DNA from: an uncultured bacterium
Lineage (GTDB): Bacteria; Babelota; Babeliae; Babelales; Vermiphilaceae
Assembly (NCBI GenBank): GCA_963788045.1
Contig: CAWBEW010000002.1
Location: 118,596-182,595, forward strand
DNA length: 64,000 nt
Direction: 5' to 3'
A program made the position numbers and the translations under genes. Shown one piece after another: positions 1 through 8,340 of the stretch; the first letter of the stretch is position 1; each line of letters begins with the position of its first letter. The notes under the pieces are model-generated. The model did not search any database and was not told the DNA's origin. It worked only from the letters and a program-made list of their open reading frames with translations.

Positions 1-22
1 CAACAAGGCGCTCGAGGAGATC

Positions 23-1495
23 ATGAAGATACATAGCTATGATCTTGCAGCTGATTTAAATAAAATTTTCATTGATAAATCAGACGAAACAACGCCTATT
101 TGGGATATCTATATTGATGGCCATGGTACGTTTAGCCCTCCAATAATTGCCGGGCTTACTCCTGCTGCCTTTAATAAAGTACTTTCTTTCTTTGACCGCA
201 CTATAAAAGCTGGAACCGTATTTGTGCTCTCATGCTCTGCAGGAGGCCAAAATAGAACCTTATTAGAGACAACGCAGGATGGGGTTCAGATTAATCATAA
301 TTTTATACTGATCCTGGGATCTATATCTAATAGTATTGTTGTCAGTGACGTAGAAAATCGCTTTATGTCGATACGAAATTTTTTCAATATATCAGCTGCG
401 ATTGAAGATAAAGGAACCTCAATAAATAATTTATTACGTCACATTGTGCAATTTGCAGGGACATCTAAGTCTTACCATGGCGCTACTGGATTTCCTCAAA
501 TTTGGTTCCCCGGAGGGTATGGGTTTCAAACACCACAAATAGTTAATGGTACTCTAACGCTTGGAAATGTCTTTTTAAAAACTCATAAAGAAAATCGGCA
601 GTCAATTACTATTGAAAATGTGCTGATAGTGCTCTTATATCCTCGCTTAATAGATGTTCCTCTTTTAGTGAAACCGTTTAATGTGGGATCCCCTATAACA
701 AAAGAATGGAAAAATCTTGCATTTCTTTTTGAACATTCCTTTTTTAAAGATATTCCTGAATCGGCTCAGCAATCTGTAATAGATAAACTAAAAGCTGAAA
801 AAATATTACCTGATTTTTTATCTCAATTGCCAAGCCTTGCCAATGAAAATAATCCTGAAAATCCCAACTATTATTTATATCCTCAGTTCATTTCTATGGA
901 ACCAGGCCGCGCTGACTATTATTTTTCAAAAATTAACGTGAGCAGTGAATTACACGGCAAGCGCATTGCTCAAGGATTATTGCAATTTATCAGAGATAGC
1001 TTTTTTGATCCTTCAAAAGAATCTGATCATGAATACCTTATTGATTCTTTGACCGGTCTTAATGACATATCTCTCACGCTGGCCGCATCGCGAATGCTGG
1101 CCAATAAAGAAAAACATCCCCTAGAAGAAATAATGAAAGACCATATCGATAAAGAAATCACATTAAAAAATATTATTATTAGCTCTTTAAGCAATTATAT
1201 TGGATTCGAGTTTGATAATACCGTCTGGATATTTAGGTCTGAATATTTTACTCAGGATCCAACCAAAGAGATGCGATGGAATTTTCAGACATGGGATGTT
1301 AAAGAATATGAAAATTGGTATAAGATAGCTAAAGAAGCATTGCTCAGCGGCAAGCCTGTTCCTCAAAAAAGCATCTCCGAAATTCTGAAAGAAAAACAAC
1401 GCCAAACCATTCTAAAAAAAGCGATTGCAAGTGAAAGAAAAGAAGCAGCAGAATCTGCGATTAAGAAATATCAGGAAAAATTGTTAAAAAAGTAA
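23..1495 (+). CDS. hypothetical protein, possible caspase/CHAT-like (clan CD) cysteine peptidase fold
   Basis: 490-aa ORF. The frame stays open back to position 2, so the true 5' end may lie left of the window. WDIYIDGHG ... VFVLSCSAGG resembles a His-Gly / Cys dyad. Lys/Glu-rich C-terminal tail. Confidence 0.45.
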   Translation: MKIHSYDLAADLNKIFIDKSDETTPIWDIYIDGHGTFSPPIIAGLTPAAFNKVLSFFDRTIKAGTVFVLSCSAGGQNRTLLETTQDGVQINHNFILILGSISNSIVVSDVENRFMSIRNFFNISAAIEDKGTSINNLLRHIVQFAGTSKSYHGATGFPQIWFPGGYGFQTPQIVNGTLTLGNVFLKTHKENRQSITIENVLIVLLYPRLIDVPLLVKPFNVGSPITKEWKNLAFLFEHSFFKDIPESAQQSVIDKLKAEKILPDFLSQLPSLANENNPENPNYYLYPQFISMEPGRADYYFSKINVSSELHGKRIAQGLLQFIRDSFFDPSKESDHEYLIDSLTGLNDISLTLAASRMLANKEKHPLEEIMKDHIDKEITLKNIIISSLSNYIGFEFDNTVWIFRSEYFTQDPTKEMRWNFQTWDVKEYENWYKIAKEALLSGKPVPQKSISEILKEKQRQTILKKAIASERKEAAESAIKKYQEKLLKK

Positions 1496-1736
1496 CGCAG
1501 TAAAATGCCCTTTTGATCGCGTTATTGACAAAAGACAAAGAAGTGCGCTATTTTTTTTAGAGAGATTTCTACTCGCAATTATCAGCCGCAAAGTAATGGC
1601 AATGCCATTTGTACAGTAGAAAAAAAAGTAATGAAGCTCCGCATTGAAAAAAATCACTATTTGCTAGAGGCAATAGTTTTATTATAGTAACAAAGTGCGG
1701 TAAATAGACCACCCTCTAAAAAAAGGAGTTGTCCCA

Positions 1737-1916
1737 ATGAAGTGTAAAAAATGTGGGGGACTGATGGTTCTACAGTCCTTTTTCGATCATTTTTTAAATT
1801 TCGATGGATGGAAATGCCTCAATTGCGGTAAAATTGTCCTGAAGAAGGATAAATCCATCGAATTCGATACTTTTAGTATTTTTTATCAACAACAAAAGTG
1901 CCGGAATCGGCATTAA
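1737..1916 (+). CDS. small zinc-ribbon protein (59 aa), below the ORF-track cutoff
   Basis: ATG lies 8 nt after AAGGAG (1723-1728). MKCKKCGG ... WKCLNCGK gives two CxxC pairs. Stop TAA at 1914-1916. Confidence 0.55.
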   Translation: MKCKKCGGLMVLQSFFDHFLNFDGWKCLNCGKIVLKKDKSIEFDTFSIFYQQQKCRNRH

Positions 1917-1920
1917 CGCG

Positions 1921-2000
1921 CCTACGTTTATTCCGACTTTGCTGGGAGTTTATCCAGAGCAAGCAAAGCGAGTCGAAGGAGCGGGCGGCAGGGCAAACGG
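1921..2000. repeat. short palindromic repeat-family copy (CCAGAGCAAGC..GAGTCGAAGGAG type)
   Basis: Matches CCTGAGCAAGCCGAAGGCGCGTCGAAGGAGGCGAACGG inside gpmI and CCTGAGTGCGAGCAAGGCGAGCGTATCGAAGGAT at 38570-38601. Confidence 0.5.
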
Positions 2001-2006
2001 ACTGAT

Positions 2007-2672
2007 ATGACTCATTATTTAGCAATTCAAAACACCTATTCAACCATGCAAATGGCAATCTATAAAGATAGTTACGCATGCGCAACTATCGAGCTTGATA
2101 AAACCAAAGCAAGCAAGGAATGCATTCTCGCTTTACAACAACTGCTTAAACAATGCAATCTGTGTTTTGAAGATCTAGAATTCATAACAGCAAATCAAGG
2201 CCCTGGACCATTCACCACACTTCGAGTTGTAATTTCTACAATTAATGGATTAAGTTTTGCAAGCAATAAACCGTTAATTGGCATCAATGCCATTGAAGCT
2301 TTTTTATATGAACACCAACAACAACCATATCAAAACAAAGTTGTTCTATTAAATGCCTTTGGCGATGATCTTTATTACGCAATTCAAATCAATAACTCCA
2401 TAGATATGGGCTGTGCATCAACACAATCGGTGCTTTTGCAGATAGCTCAAAAAATTCCTGATCAACCGATTCTCTTTTTGGGTAATGGGATTCAGCGCTG
2501 CCTGCCTGCTCTTCAAACCACTTTTGGGAATCGAGCACACTTTCTTAACCCCAATCCCGAAACGGTATCTCTCAATCATATTGCTCAAATAGGCCTAGAA
2601 AAATGGCACAAGCAACAAGATATAAGCTTCCAATTGCAACCGCTCTATTTCAAAGCTGCGTTCCACCAATAA
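2007..2672 (+). CDS. tsaB: tRNA threonylcarbamoyladenosine biosynthesis protein TsaB (YeaZ)
   Basis: 221 aa. LAIQNTYSTMQMAIY N-terminus and NQGPGPFTTLRVVISTINGL motif are typical of TsaB. Confidence 0.75.
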   Translation: MTHYLAIQNTYSTMQMAIYKDSYACATIELDKTKASKECILALQQLLKQCNLCFEDLEFITANQGPGPFTTLRVVISTINGLSFASNKPLIGINAIEAFLYEHQQQPYQNKVVLLNAFGDDLYYAIQINNSIDMGCASTQSVLLQIAQKIPDQPILFLGNGIQRCLPALQTTFGNRAHFLNPNPETVSLNHIAQIGLEKWHKQQDISFQLQPLYFKAAFHQ

Positions 2673-2700
2673 TTACTTGTTCAGAAGCTATAACCTCCCA

Positions 2701-2774
2701 CCGTTCGCCTCGATAGAGGGCCGTAGGCCCGAGTGGAGAGGTCTCCATTCGCTTCGCTCCATCGACCCGAACGG
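2701..2774. repeat. module F palindromic element (74 nt)
   Basis: CCGTTCGCCTCGATAGAGG-hairpin-GAGTGGAGAGGTCTCCATTC-hairpin-CCATCGACCCGAACGG. Termini are inverted repeats. Reverse-complement copy at 36894-36976 has different but still self-pairing hairpin loops. Confidence 0.8.
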
Positions 2775-2785
2775 ATTTGAGTTAA

Positions 2786-3652
2786 TTATTCATGCGCCCC
2801 ATAATTTCGCAATAGTAGCTCCATATCAGAATTTTTCTTTTGTACACGCCATGCTGTTTGTAAAGGAGTGCCAACTTCCGGAGCAAAAAATTTGTTAATC
2901 TGTTCTTTGGCCCCATTTTTAAGCAATGTTTCAACCTGCGCAAGATCATTGTTTTCTACCGCAGCAATTAAAGGGGTTTTGCCTTGTTGCACACTGTTAA
3001 CATTGGCCCCTTTTTTTATGAGCGGCGCGATAAAATCAGAACTTTTTTTGCCCTTAACCACCTCCCATAATAATGTGGTCGCCAAATCGGTATTTAATGT
3101 GAGAAATCGCGACAATAATTTATTGGCGATGACCGGCTTATTTTCTTTGATCGCCTGATGAACACCTTTATAAAACCAGTCGGTAAAAATATCAGTGTGC
3201 GCCGAAAGCCAATCTGCAATACTGCCAACAAGATCTTCATAATTACCCTCAGCTGCAACATATAAGAGCGGTTTTTGATTGGCCACTTGCTCATTTTCAA
3301 TGAGGGTATTATAAAGATCAATGCGATGATTGCGGTTTTCGGTTTTGCGGGCGAGCTCTAATAATAATTTAATTTTATCAGTCACCTCTAACGGATTTTT
3401 CTGATCATCCAAAATCTGAGTCACAAGTCGCAATTGTTGCGATTGCGGTCTTTGTGCAATATATTCTGCTATTTTTTTTGTATTTCGCGCCATAAACAAC
3501 GGCGAAATCTGATTTAAAATGGTTTTATCAGCATTTAAGTCTGCCGATGCAACTTGAGCAGTTCCTGCTTTTGCAAGTAAACTAACACCCGCGCTCAGTA
3601 ACAACAAAAAACCTAATAATATCAGTATATCCAGATATTTTGGCTTCTTCAT
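2786..3652 (-). CDS. ankyrin-repeat protein with N-terminal signal/anchor
   Basis: MKKPKYLDILILLGFLLLL start preceded by AAGGA. C-terminal GKTPLIAAVENNDLAQVETLLKNGA ankyrin motif. Confidence 0.7.
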   Translation of the reverse strand: MKKPKYLDILILLGFLLLLSAGVSLLAKAGTAQVASADLNADKTILNQISPLFMARNTKKIAEYIAQRPQSQQLRLVTQILDDQKNPLEVTDKIKLLLELARKTENRNHRIDLYNTLIENEQVANQKPLLYVAAEGNYEDLVGSIADWLSAHTDIFTDWFYKGVHQAIKENKPVIANKLLSRFLTLNTDLATTLLWEVVKGKKSSDFIAPLIKKGANVNSVQQGKTPLIAAVENNDLAQVETLLKNGAKEQINKFFAPEVGTPLQTAWRVQKKNSDMELLLRNYGAHE

Positions 3653-3723
3653 ATAAATCCTTTTTTTATTCATTGAAGTTATCAAGAGAATAATCAAAAG
3701 GATAACGGTAACGCAAGCTTCAT

Positions 3724-4488
3724 TTATCTAATATATGATCTGATAATACCGGCCGAAACTGCCGCCGCTTGGCACGCACGTAAAATTGTGGGAGTAAGAG
3801 CACTAAAGTTAAATCCTGCCTGCTTTAATAGCTCTTTTTCTTGATTGGATAAATCCCCTTCAGGGCCAATTGCCAGAACGATTGGTTGTTTTGAGCTTTT
3901 TAAATGAGGCAAAAACATATCAATTGAAGATCCAGCTGGATCAAAAAATATTTTTTTGCATTCAGCGGACAGATTTTCAAGAGGGGAAGAAATGGATAAC
4001 GGAGCGCGCAATTGCGGGTAATTAAAATTTTTTGATTGCTCAGCCGCTGCAATGATAATCTTCTGGGATCGATCCAGATCTTTTTGGGTCCACCGCTGTT
4101 GACTCTTTTGAGTATAGATCAGTTGAATTGTGGTAACCCCAATCTCAGTAAGAGAATAGAGCGCCGCTTCTAACGATTCTTTTTTTAATAACGGTAAAAG
4201 ATAGGTTATTTCCGGCTTATAAATAGCATTACTACTTTTTTCTACAAGTTTTACTTTTATTAATTTATGTTTAACTGCACTCGTAAGCAAAAAAGTGGCA
4301 TGTATATTTCTATCAAAAAGAATAAATGATTCATCAACCGCAAGCCGTAAAATTGAAAGAATTCTATGCGCAAGATCAGGATCCGCGATGGTTATCTCAT
4401 GGCCGGGCCAAGCGGCGCCAATTTCATCGGCAAGATCACTATGATGCAATGCAAAAAGATGCTTCTCATTGAGCAGATGACTCTTCAT
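3724..4488 (-). CDS. rsmE: 16S rRNA (uracil1498-N3)-methyltransferase RsmE
   Basis: 254 aa. C-terminal IGPEGDLSNQEKELLKQAGF ... LTPTILRACQAAAV matches the RsmE SPOUT signature. Confidence 0.75.
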   Translation of the reverse strand: MKSHLLNEKHLFALHHSDLADEIGAAWPGHEITIADPDLAHRILSILRLAVDESFILFDRNIHATFLLTSAVKHKLIKVKLVEKSSNAIYKPEITYLLPLLKKESLEAALYSLTEIGVTTIQLIYTQKSQQRWTQKDLDRSQKIIIAAAEQSKNFNYPQLRAPLSISSPLENLSAECKKIFFDPAGSSIDMFLPHLKSSKQPIVLAIGPEGDLSNQEKELLKQAGFNFSALTPTILRACQAAAVSAGIIRSYIR

Positions 4489-4813
4489 GAATTTTTACAT
4501 TCGGTTTTAATTTAAAAAATGCCGCAATTTTATTAATCGAATTACGCATCACTCGTCGAACCGCAAAATAGGCATTAGCCATAGGGCATCCAATTATACG
4601 TATCCAAACAATAACCGGATGTGGCGGGATAGGCTTAATTGAATCAATGATATTCATTTTTACCATCTCATCTTCAAGCTCGTCAAGATTGAGCACCTTA
4701 TCAAAATCAGGCTCAATCTCGGCAAGTGATTCTTGGTGGCTCAATTCGTGAGCCTGAACTAATAACGGATTAGCAAACAAAACAATGGAAAACCATAAAC
4801 AAAATACTTTCAT
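4466..4813 (-). CDS. small secreted hypothetical protein
   Basis: Start placed at MKVFCLWFSIVLFANPLLVQA (signal-like). The longer ORF-track version would overlap the gpmI start. Confidence 0.45.
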   Translation of the reverse strand: MKVFCLWFSIVLFANPLLVQAHELSHQESLAEIEPDFDKVLNLDELEDEMVKMNIIDSIKPIPPHPVIVWIRIIGCPMANAYFAVRRVMRNSINKIAAFFKLKPNVKIHEESSAQ

Positions 4814-4905
4814 AAATCTCTTAATGATTACTATTTTAAAAGACAGAGGAATAATTGTAACTTTAGCAAGTATCTTGCCTATTGGCAAATTCAAAGGATT
4901 GGCAC

Positions 4906-6513
4906 ATGAGATCAAGTCCCTTAGCCCTTATTATTCTGGATGGTTTTGGCTATAGCCCAAATACTCAATACAATGCGATTGCGCACGCAAAAAAACCAAC
5001 CCTGGATGACTTAATGAACCACTATCCACATACTTTTTTGGCAGCATCCGGGGCTGCTGTCGGGCTTCCTGATGGTTACGTTGGCAATTCTGAGGTCGGC
5101 CATGAAACGATGGGAGCTGGAAGGATAATTCCCTCTTCTTTTTTGCGTCTTTATGACGCAATCAAAGATGGCAGTTTTTTAAGCAATCCTACACTCACCG
5201 CTGCCCTTGATGAGCTTGCACAAACAAATCATACGTTACATATTTTAGGAATACTTTCGGATGCCGGGGTTCAATGCCACGAGAAAATCATACAAGCGCT
5301 TATCTATGCAGGCGCTCAACATGCAATCAAAAAGATCGTAATTCATGCTTTTTTAGATGGCCGCGATGTTCCACCCAAAACAGCCGCAACCTATTTACAA
5401 AATCTTGAAGACTATTGCAAGCCGTTTGGCCAGGTGAGCTTAGGATCAATAACGGGCAGATACTATGCCACGGATCGCGATAACCATTGGGAACGTACCC
5501 AAAAAGCGTATGAAAATCTTATTACCAGTACTATTCCACAATTTTCTTCATGGCAGGACGCGCTTTCTTTTTATTATGGCAAAGATATCACTGATGAATA
5601 TATCCCACCAACAACCCTGCAAGCTGATAGCCAAATAAAGCCAAATGATGGAGTTATCTTTGCCAATTTTAGAGAAGATAGAGCGCGGCAATTGGCCGCA
5701 TGTTTTGTTGCACCGCAATTAACTATCTCTCCACTCGGCTCCCATGGAGCCTCTGGATTCGATACGGCTTCACCTACTCACGACAGGTCTTCGACTACTT
5801 TAGCCGACTGTCCTGAGCAAGCCGAAGGCGCGTCGAAGGAGGCGAACGGAGTGAGAGATCCATTCCCCTTACTCTTTTTCATCAGCGCAGTGCGCTATGA
5901 TCCTCGCTTTACTAATCCGGTTTTGCTTGAAAATCCTCCGATCCACAACACACTCAAGGAGCTCTTGAGCGAAGAAGGAAAAACAATATTCTCAATTGCC
6001 GAAACTGAAAAATATGCGCATATCACCTACTTTTTTGGTGGCGGACACGAAAAACCATTTCCGGGCGAAACGCAAATCTTGATCCCTTCTTTACCGGTCA
6101 AAAATTATAAAGATTATCCACAAATGTCTGCTCAAAAAATTACTGATGCAGTAATTACATCACTTCAAGAAAAACCGCGGGATTTCTATCTGATTAACTA
6201 TGCCAATGCAGATATGGTAGGGCACACGGGCGATCTGCATACAACTATCAAAGCCGTTGAGTGTATTGATCATCAGCTTGCACAACTCTATCAACAGATT
6301 GTGGTAAAAATGAATGGCACTCTCATGATTACCGCCGATCATGGAAATGCTGAATTAAAATTCGATGAAAAGACCGGGCAGCCAAACACGGCTCATACCA
6401 CCAATAAAGTCCCCTTTATTTGGGTCAAAAATGAACTAAGAGACAAAAAAATACATATGCCACTCCATGGCCTTGCTGATATTACGCCTTTTATTTTAAG
6501 CCAGAAAATCTAG
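4906..6513 (+). CDS. gpmI: 2,3-bisphosphoglycerate-independent phosphoglycerate mutase with in-frame repeat insertion
   Basis: LALIILDGFGYS, GNSEVGH, HAFLDGRDV and ITADHGNAE motifs. ATG at 4906 lies 9 nt after AAAGGA. About 45 extra residues (SPLGSHGASGFDTASPTHDRSSTTLADCPEQAEGASKEANGVRDP) are encoded by repeat DNA. Confidence 0.9.
   Translation: MRSSPLALIILDGFGYSPNTQYNAIAHAKKPTLDDLMNHYPHTFLAASGAAVGLPDGYVGNSEVGHETMGAGRIIPSSFLRLYDAIKDGSFLSNPTLTAALDELAQTNHTLHILGILSDAGVQCHEKIIQALIYAGAQHAIKKIVIHAFLDGRDVPPKTAATYLQNLEDYCKPFGQVSLGSITGRYYATDRDNHWERTQKAYENLITSTIPQFSSWQDALSFYYGKDITDEYIPPTTLQADSQIKPNDGVIFANFREDRARQLAACFVAPQLTISPLGSHGASGFDTASPTHDRSSTTLADCPEQAEGASKEANGVRDPFPLLFFISAVRYDPRFTNPVLLENPPIHNTLKELLSEEGKTIFSIAETEKYAHITYFFGGGHEKPFPGETQILIPSLPVKNYKDYPQMSAQKITDAVITSLQEKPRDFYLINYANADMVGHTGDLHTTIKAVECIDHQLAQLYQQIVVKMNGTLMITADHGNAELKFDEKTGQPNTAHTTNKVPFIWVKNELRDKKIHMPLHGLADITPFILSQKI
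5727..5865. repeat. composite palindromic repeat inside the gpmI reading frame
   Basis: CTCTCCACTCGGCTCC-loop-GGAGCCTCT matches module F. CCTGAGCAAGCCGAAGGCGCGTCGAAGGAGGCGAACGG matches other intergenic copies. Confidence 0.75.
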
Positions 6514-6635
6514 CGAACGGGTTTGGTATTCTAAGCCCAAAAATCCAGATAATTTTCATCCAACCATTGTTTTTAGATCGGCAAATAAATTATATTTCTA
6601 TTATAATTAATGCATTTAAACTTAGGGGGGACCCA

Positions 6636-8285
6636 ATGGAAATGAAATCATTATTTTCACGTATTTTCTTAGTGGTATGTACCATGTGTGCAGCCACTAT
6701 TTTTATGGGCATGGTCAAAGAAAAATCATTGGCGCAACAATTTCTAGAAATTAGAAATCATTTGCCGGCGCAAGCGGCAGGAAATCCCCAAATCTATAAC
6801 ACACTTAATACCGTCCGCATTGCACTCGAACAATCGCAACCGGATCTTGCACTTGCAAGCAAAATATTGGAAACCATGCAAGGTCCTATTAAATCCATGA
6901 ATTTCGCCACTGATTTTGGTACTTTAAACGGGCAAGAGCTGATAAATGTTTACTTTGGTGATTTCATAAACCAACTCAATAAAAAAAGTGCTCAGCAGCC
7001 TACTGCTCCTTCAATAAAAAAAGAAGCTCCTGTTGAAAAAATTGAAAAGCCAAGCCAATCAGCGCTCGCTCAAGAGTTTGCGCAAATCTTAGAGAATCTC
7101 CCTAAAACTGGTGAAAATATTCCATTACTCAGACAACCATTAATGGCGGTGCAAAATTTACTTTTACAACCAAAACCGAATTTATCTGAAGTATTACAAG
7201 CATTGCAAAAAATAAAGCAAAATAATGCAATAAAAAATGCCAAATTTAATACCCCAATGTTAGCAGATGTGACTGGCGAGCAGCTTTTTTCTATTTACTT
7301 TGATGACTTTATTAAAAAAATCTCATTGCAATTACAAGCAGATCAACCTCGCAAGGCCGGAATACCATTTGGTCTTGTAAACAAAAATCAAACTTGTTTC
7401 ATGAATTCTTCTATTCAAGCGCTCGCGTCTTTAGACAAGGTAACTAATGTATTGCTCAAACATGCGTATGATGATTATTATCTGCCAAACAGTATATCAG
7501 CATTATACATACAACTTCTGAATACCATGCAAACAGAAAAGAAATCAGTTATTAATCCATTGCCGTTCTGCTTGCAGGGTTGGAAATTGTTTCCCGGTCA
7601 AGAAGGCCGCCAACAAGATGCGGCCGAATTTGTAGAACTTTTATTGGGACGGTTAACTGAAAGTAATGATATTAATCCTGCTCGAAGTCCTGCAAAAATT
7701 AATCAAGAACTGCTTTCTTTATTAGAGGTAAAAATTCTTGAACTCACGTATGAAAAAATCGGTGAAAAATATATACGCACCAAAGACAAAGCGTTTAACC
7801 CGCCGCTCATTACCCCAGCTTTAGCGATAAAGCCCGAATATAAATCACTTTTAGATTGCTTAAAAGGGACTTTTAATCCTTCCAATCCAGAAGGAGAAAC
7901 CAAGAATATAATTAGAGCCATAGATGGAACCAGCAATTATTTTATCTGCAGCATCGGCCGATTAGTAATTGACTATGTTACTAAAAAATACATTAAAATA
8001 AATCAACCAATCTCATTTGAACTTGATAATTTTAATATTTCTTCTCTAACCCTAAGACCAAGCAAAGTTCTACCCCTCTATCGCTGTAAAGCATTCATTG
8101 CTCATAGTGGAGCAGAAGTGGGACACTATATTGCCTATATCCGCATGGGCAACAACTGGTATATGTGTGATGACACGAATATAATCCCGGTTTCTACCAG
8201 TGAAGTGAACAAGTTTGCACAAACAGGAATCTTCAAAGCTGTAGTGGATTATACGCCGGTTATGTTCTTCTACGAGCAACAGTAA
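6636..8285 (+). CDS. secreted eukaryote-like ubiquitin-specific protease (USP/UCH, C19-type) with duplicated N-terminal module
   Basis: Start MEMKSLFSRIFLVVCTMCAA after AGGGGG. Cys box GLVNKNQTCFMNSSIQAL (Cys codon 7395-7397), QQDAAEFVELLL, His box GHYIAYIRMGNNWYMCDDTNI (His codon 8124-8126). Confidence 0.8.
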   Translation: MEMKSLFSRIFLVVCTMCAATIFMGMVKEKSLAQQFLEIRNHLPAQAAGNPQIYNTLNTVRIALEQSQPDLALASKILETMQGPIKSMNFATDFGTLNGQELINVYFGDFINQLNKKSAQQPTAPSIKKEAPVEKIEKPSQSALAQEFAQILENLPKTGENIPLLRQPLMAVQNLLLQPKPNLSEVLQALQKIKQNNAIKNAKFNTPMLADVTGEQLFSIYFDDFIKKISLQLQADQPRKAGIPFGLVNKNQTCFMNSSIQALASLDKVTNVLLKHAYDDYYLPNSISALYIQLLNTMQTEKKSVINPLPFCLQGWKLFPGQEGRQQDAAEFVELLLGRLTESNDINPARSPAKINQELLSLLEVKILELTYEKIGEKYIRTKDKAFNPPLITPALAIKPEYKSLLDCLKGTFNPSNPEGETKNIIRAIDGTSNYFICSIGRLVIDYVTKKYIKINQPISFELDNFNISSLTLRPSKVLPLYRCKAFIAHSGAEVGHYIAYIRMGNNWYMCDDTNIIPVSTSEVNKFAQTGIFKAVVDYTPVMFFYEQQ

Positions 8286-8340
8286 GTTGCGATAGAAGAT
8301 GATCAGAGTTTTACATTTATAGCTTTGGAGAGAAAGAACC

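Noticed and set aside
2677-2898. 73-aa ORF downstream of tsaB
   Set aside because: It is translated from the module F repeat and then from the antisense strand of the ankyrin gene end, so it is a repeat read-through artefact.
4814-4915. Long N-terminal extension of ORF 4466-4915
   Set aside because: The extension overlaps the gpmI start region and precedes a clean signal peptide that begins at the internal Met (4813).
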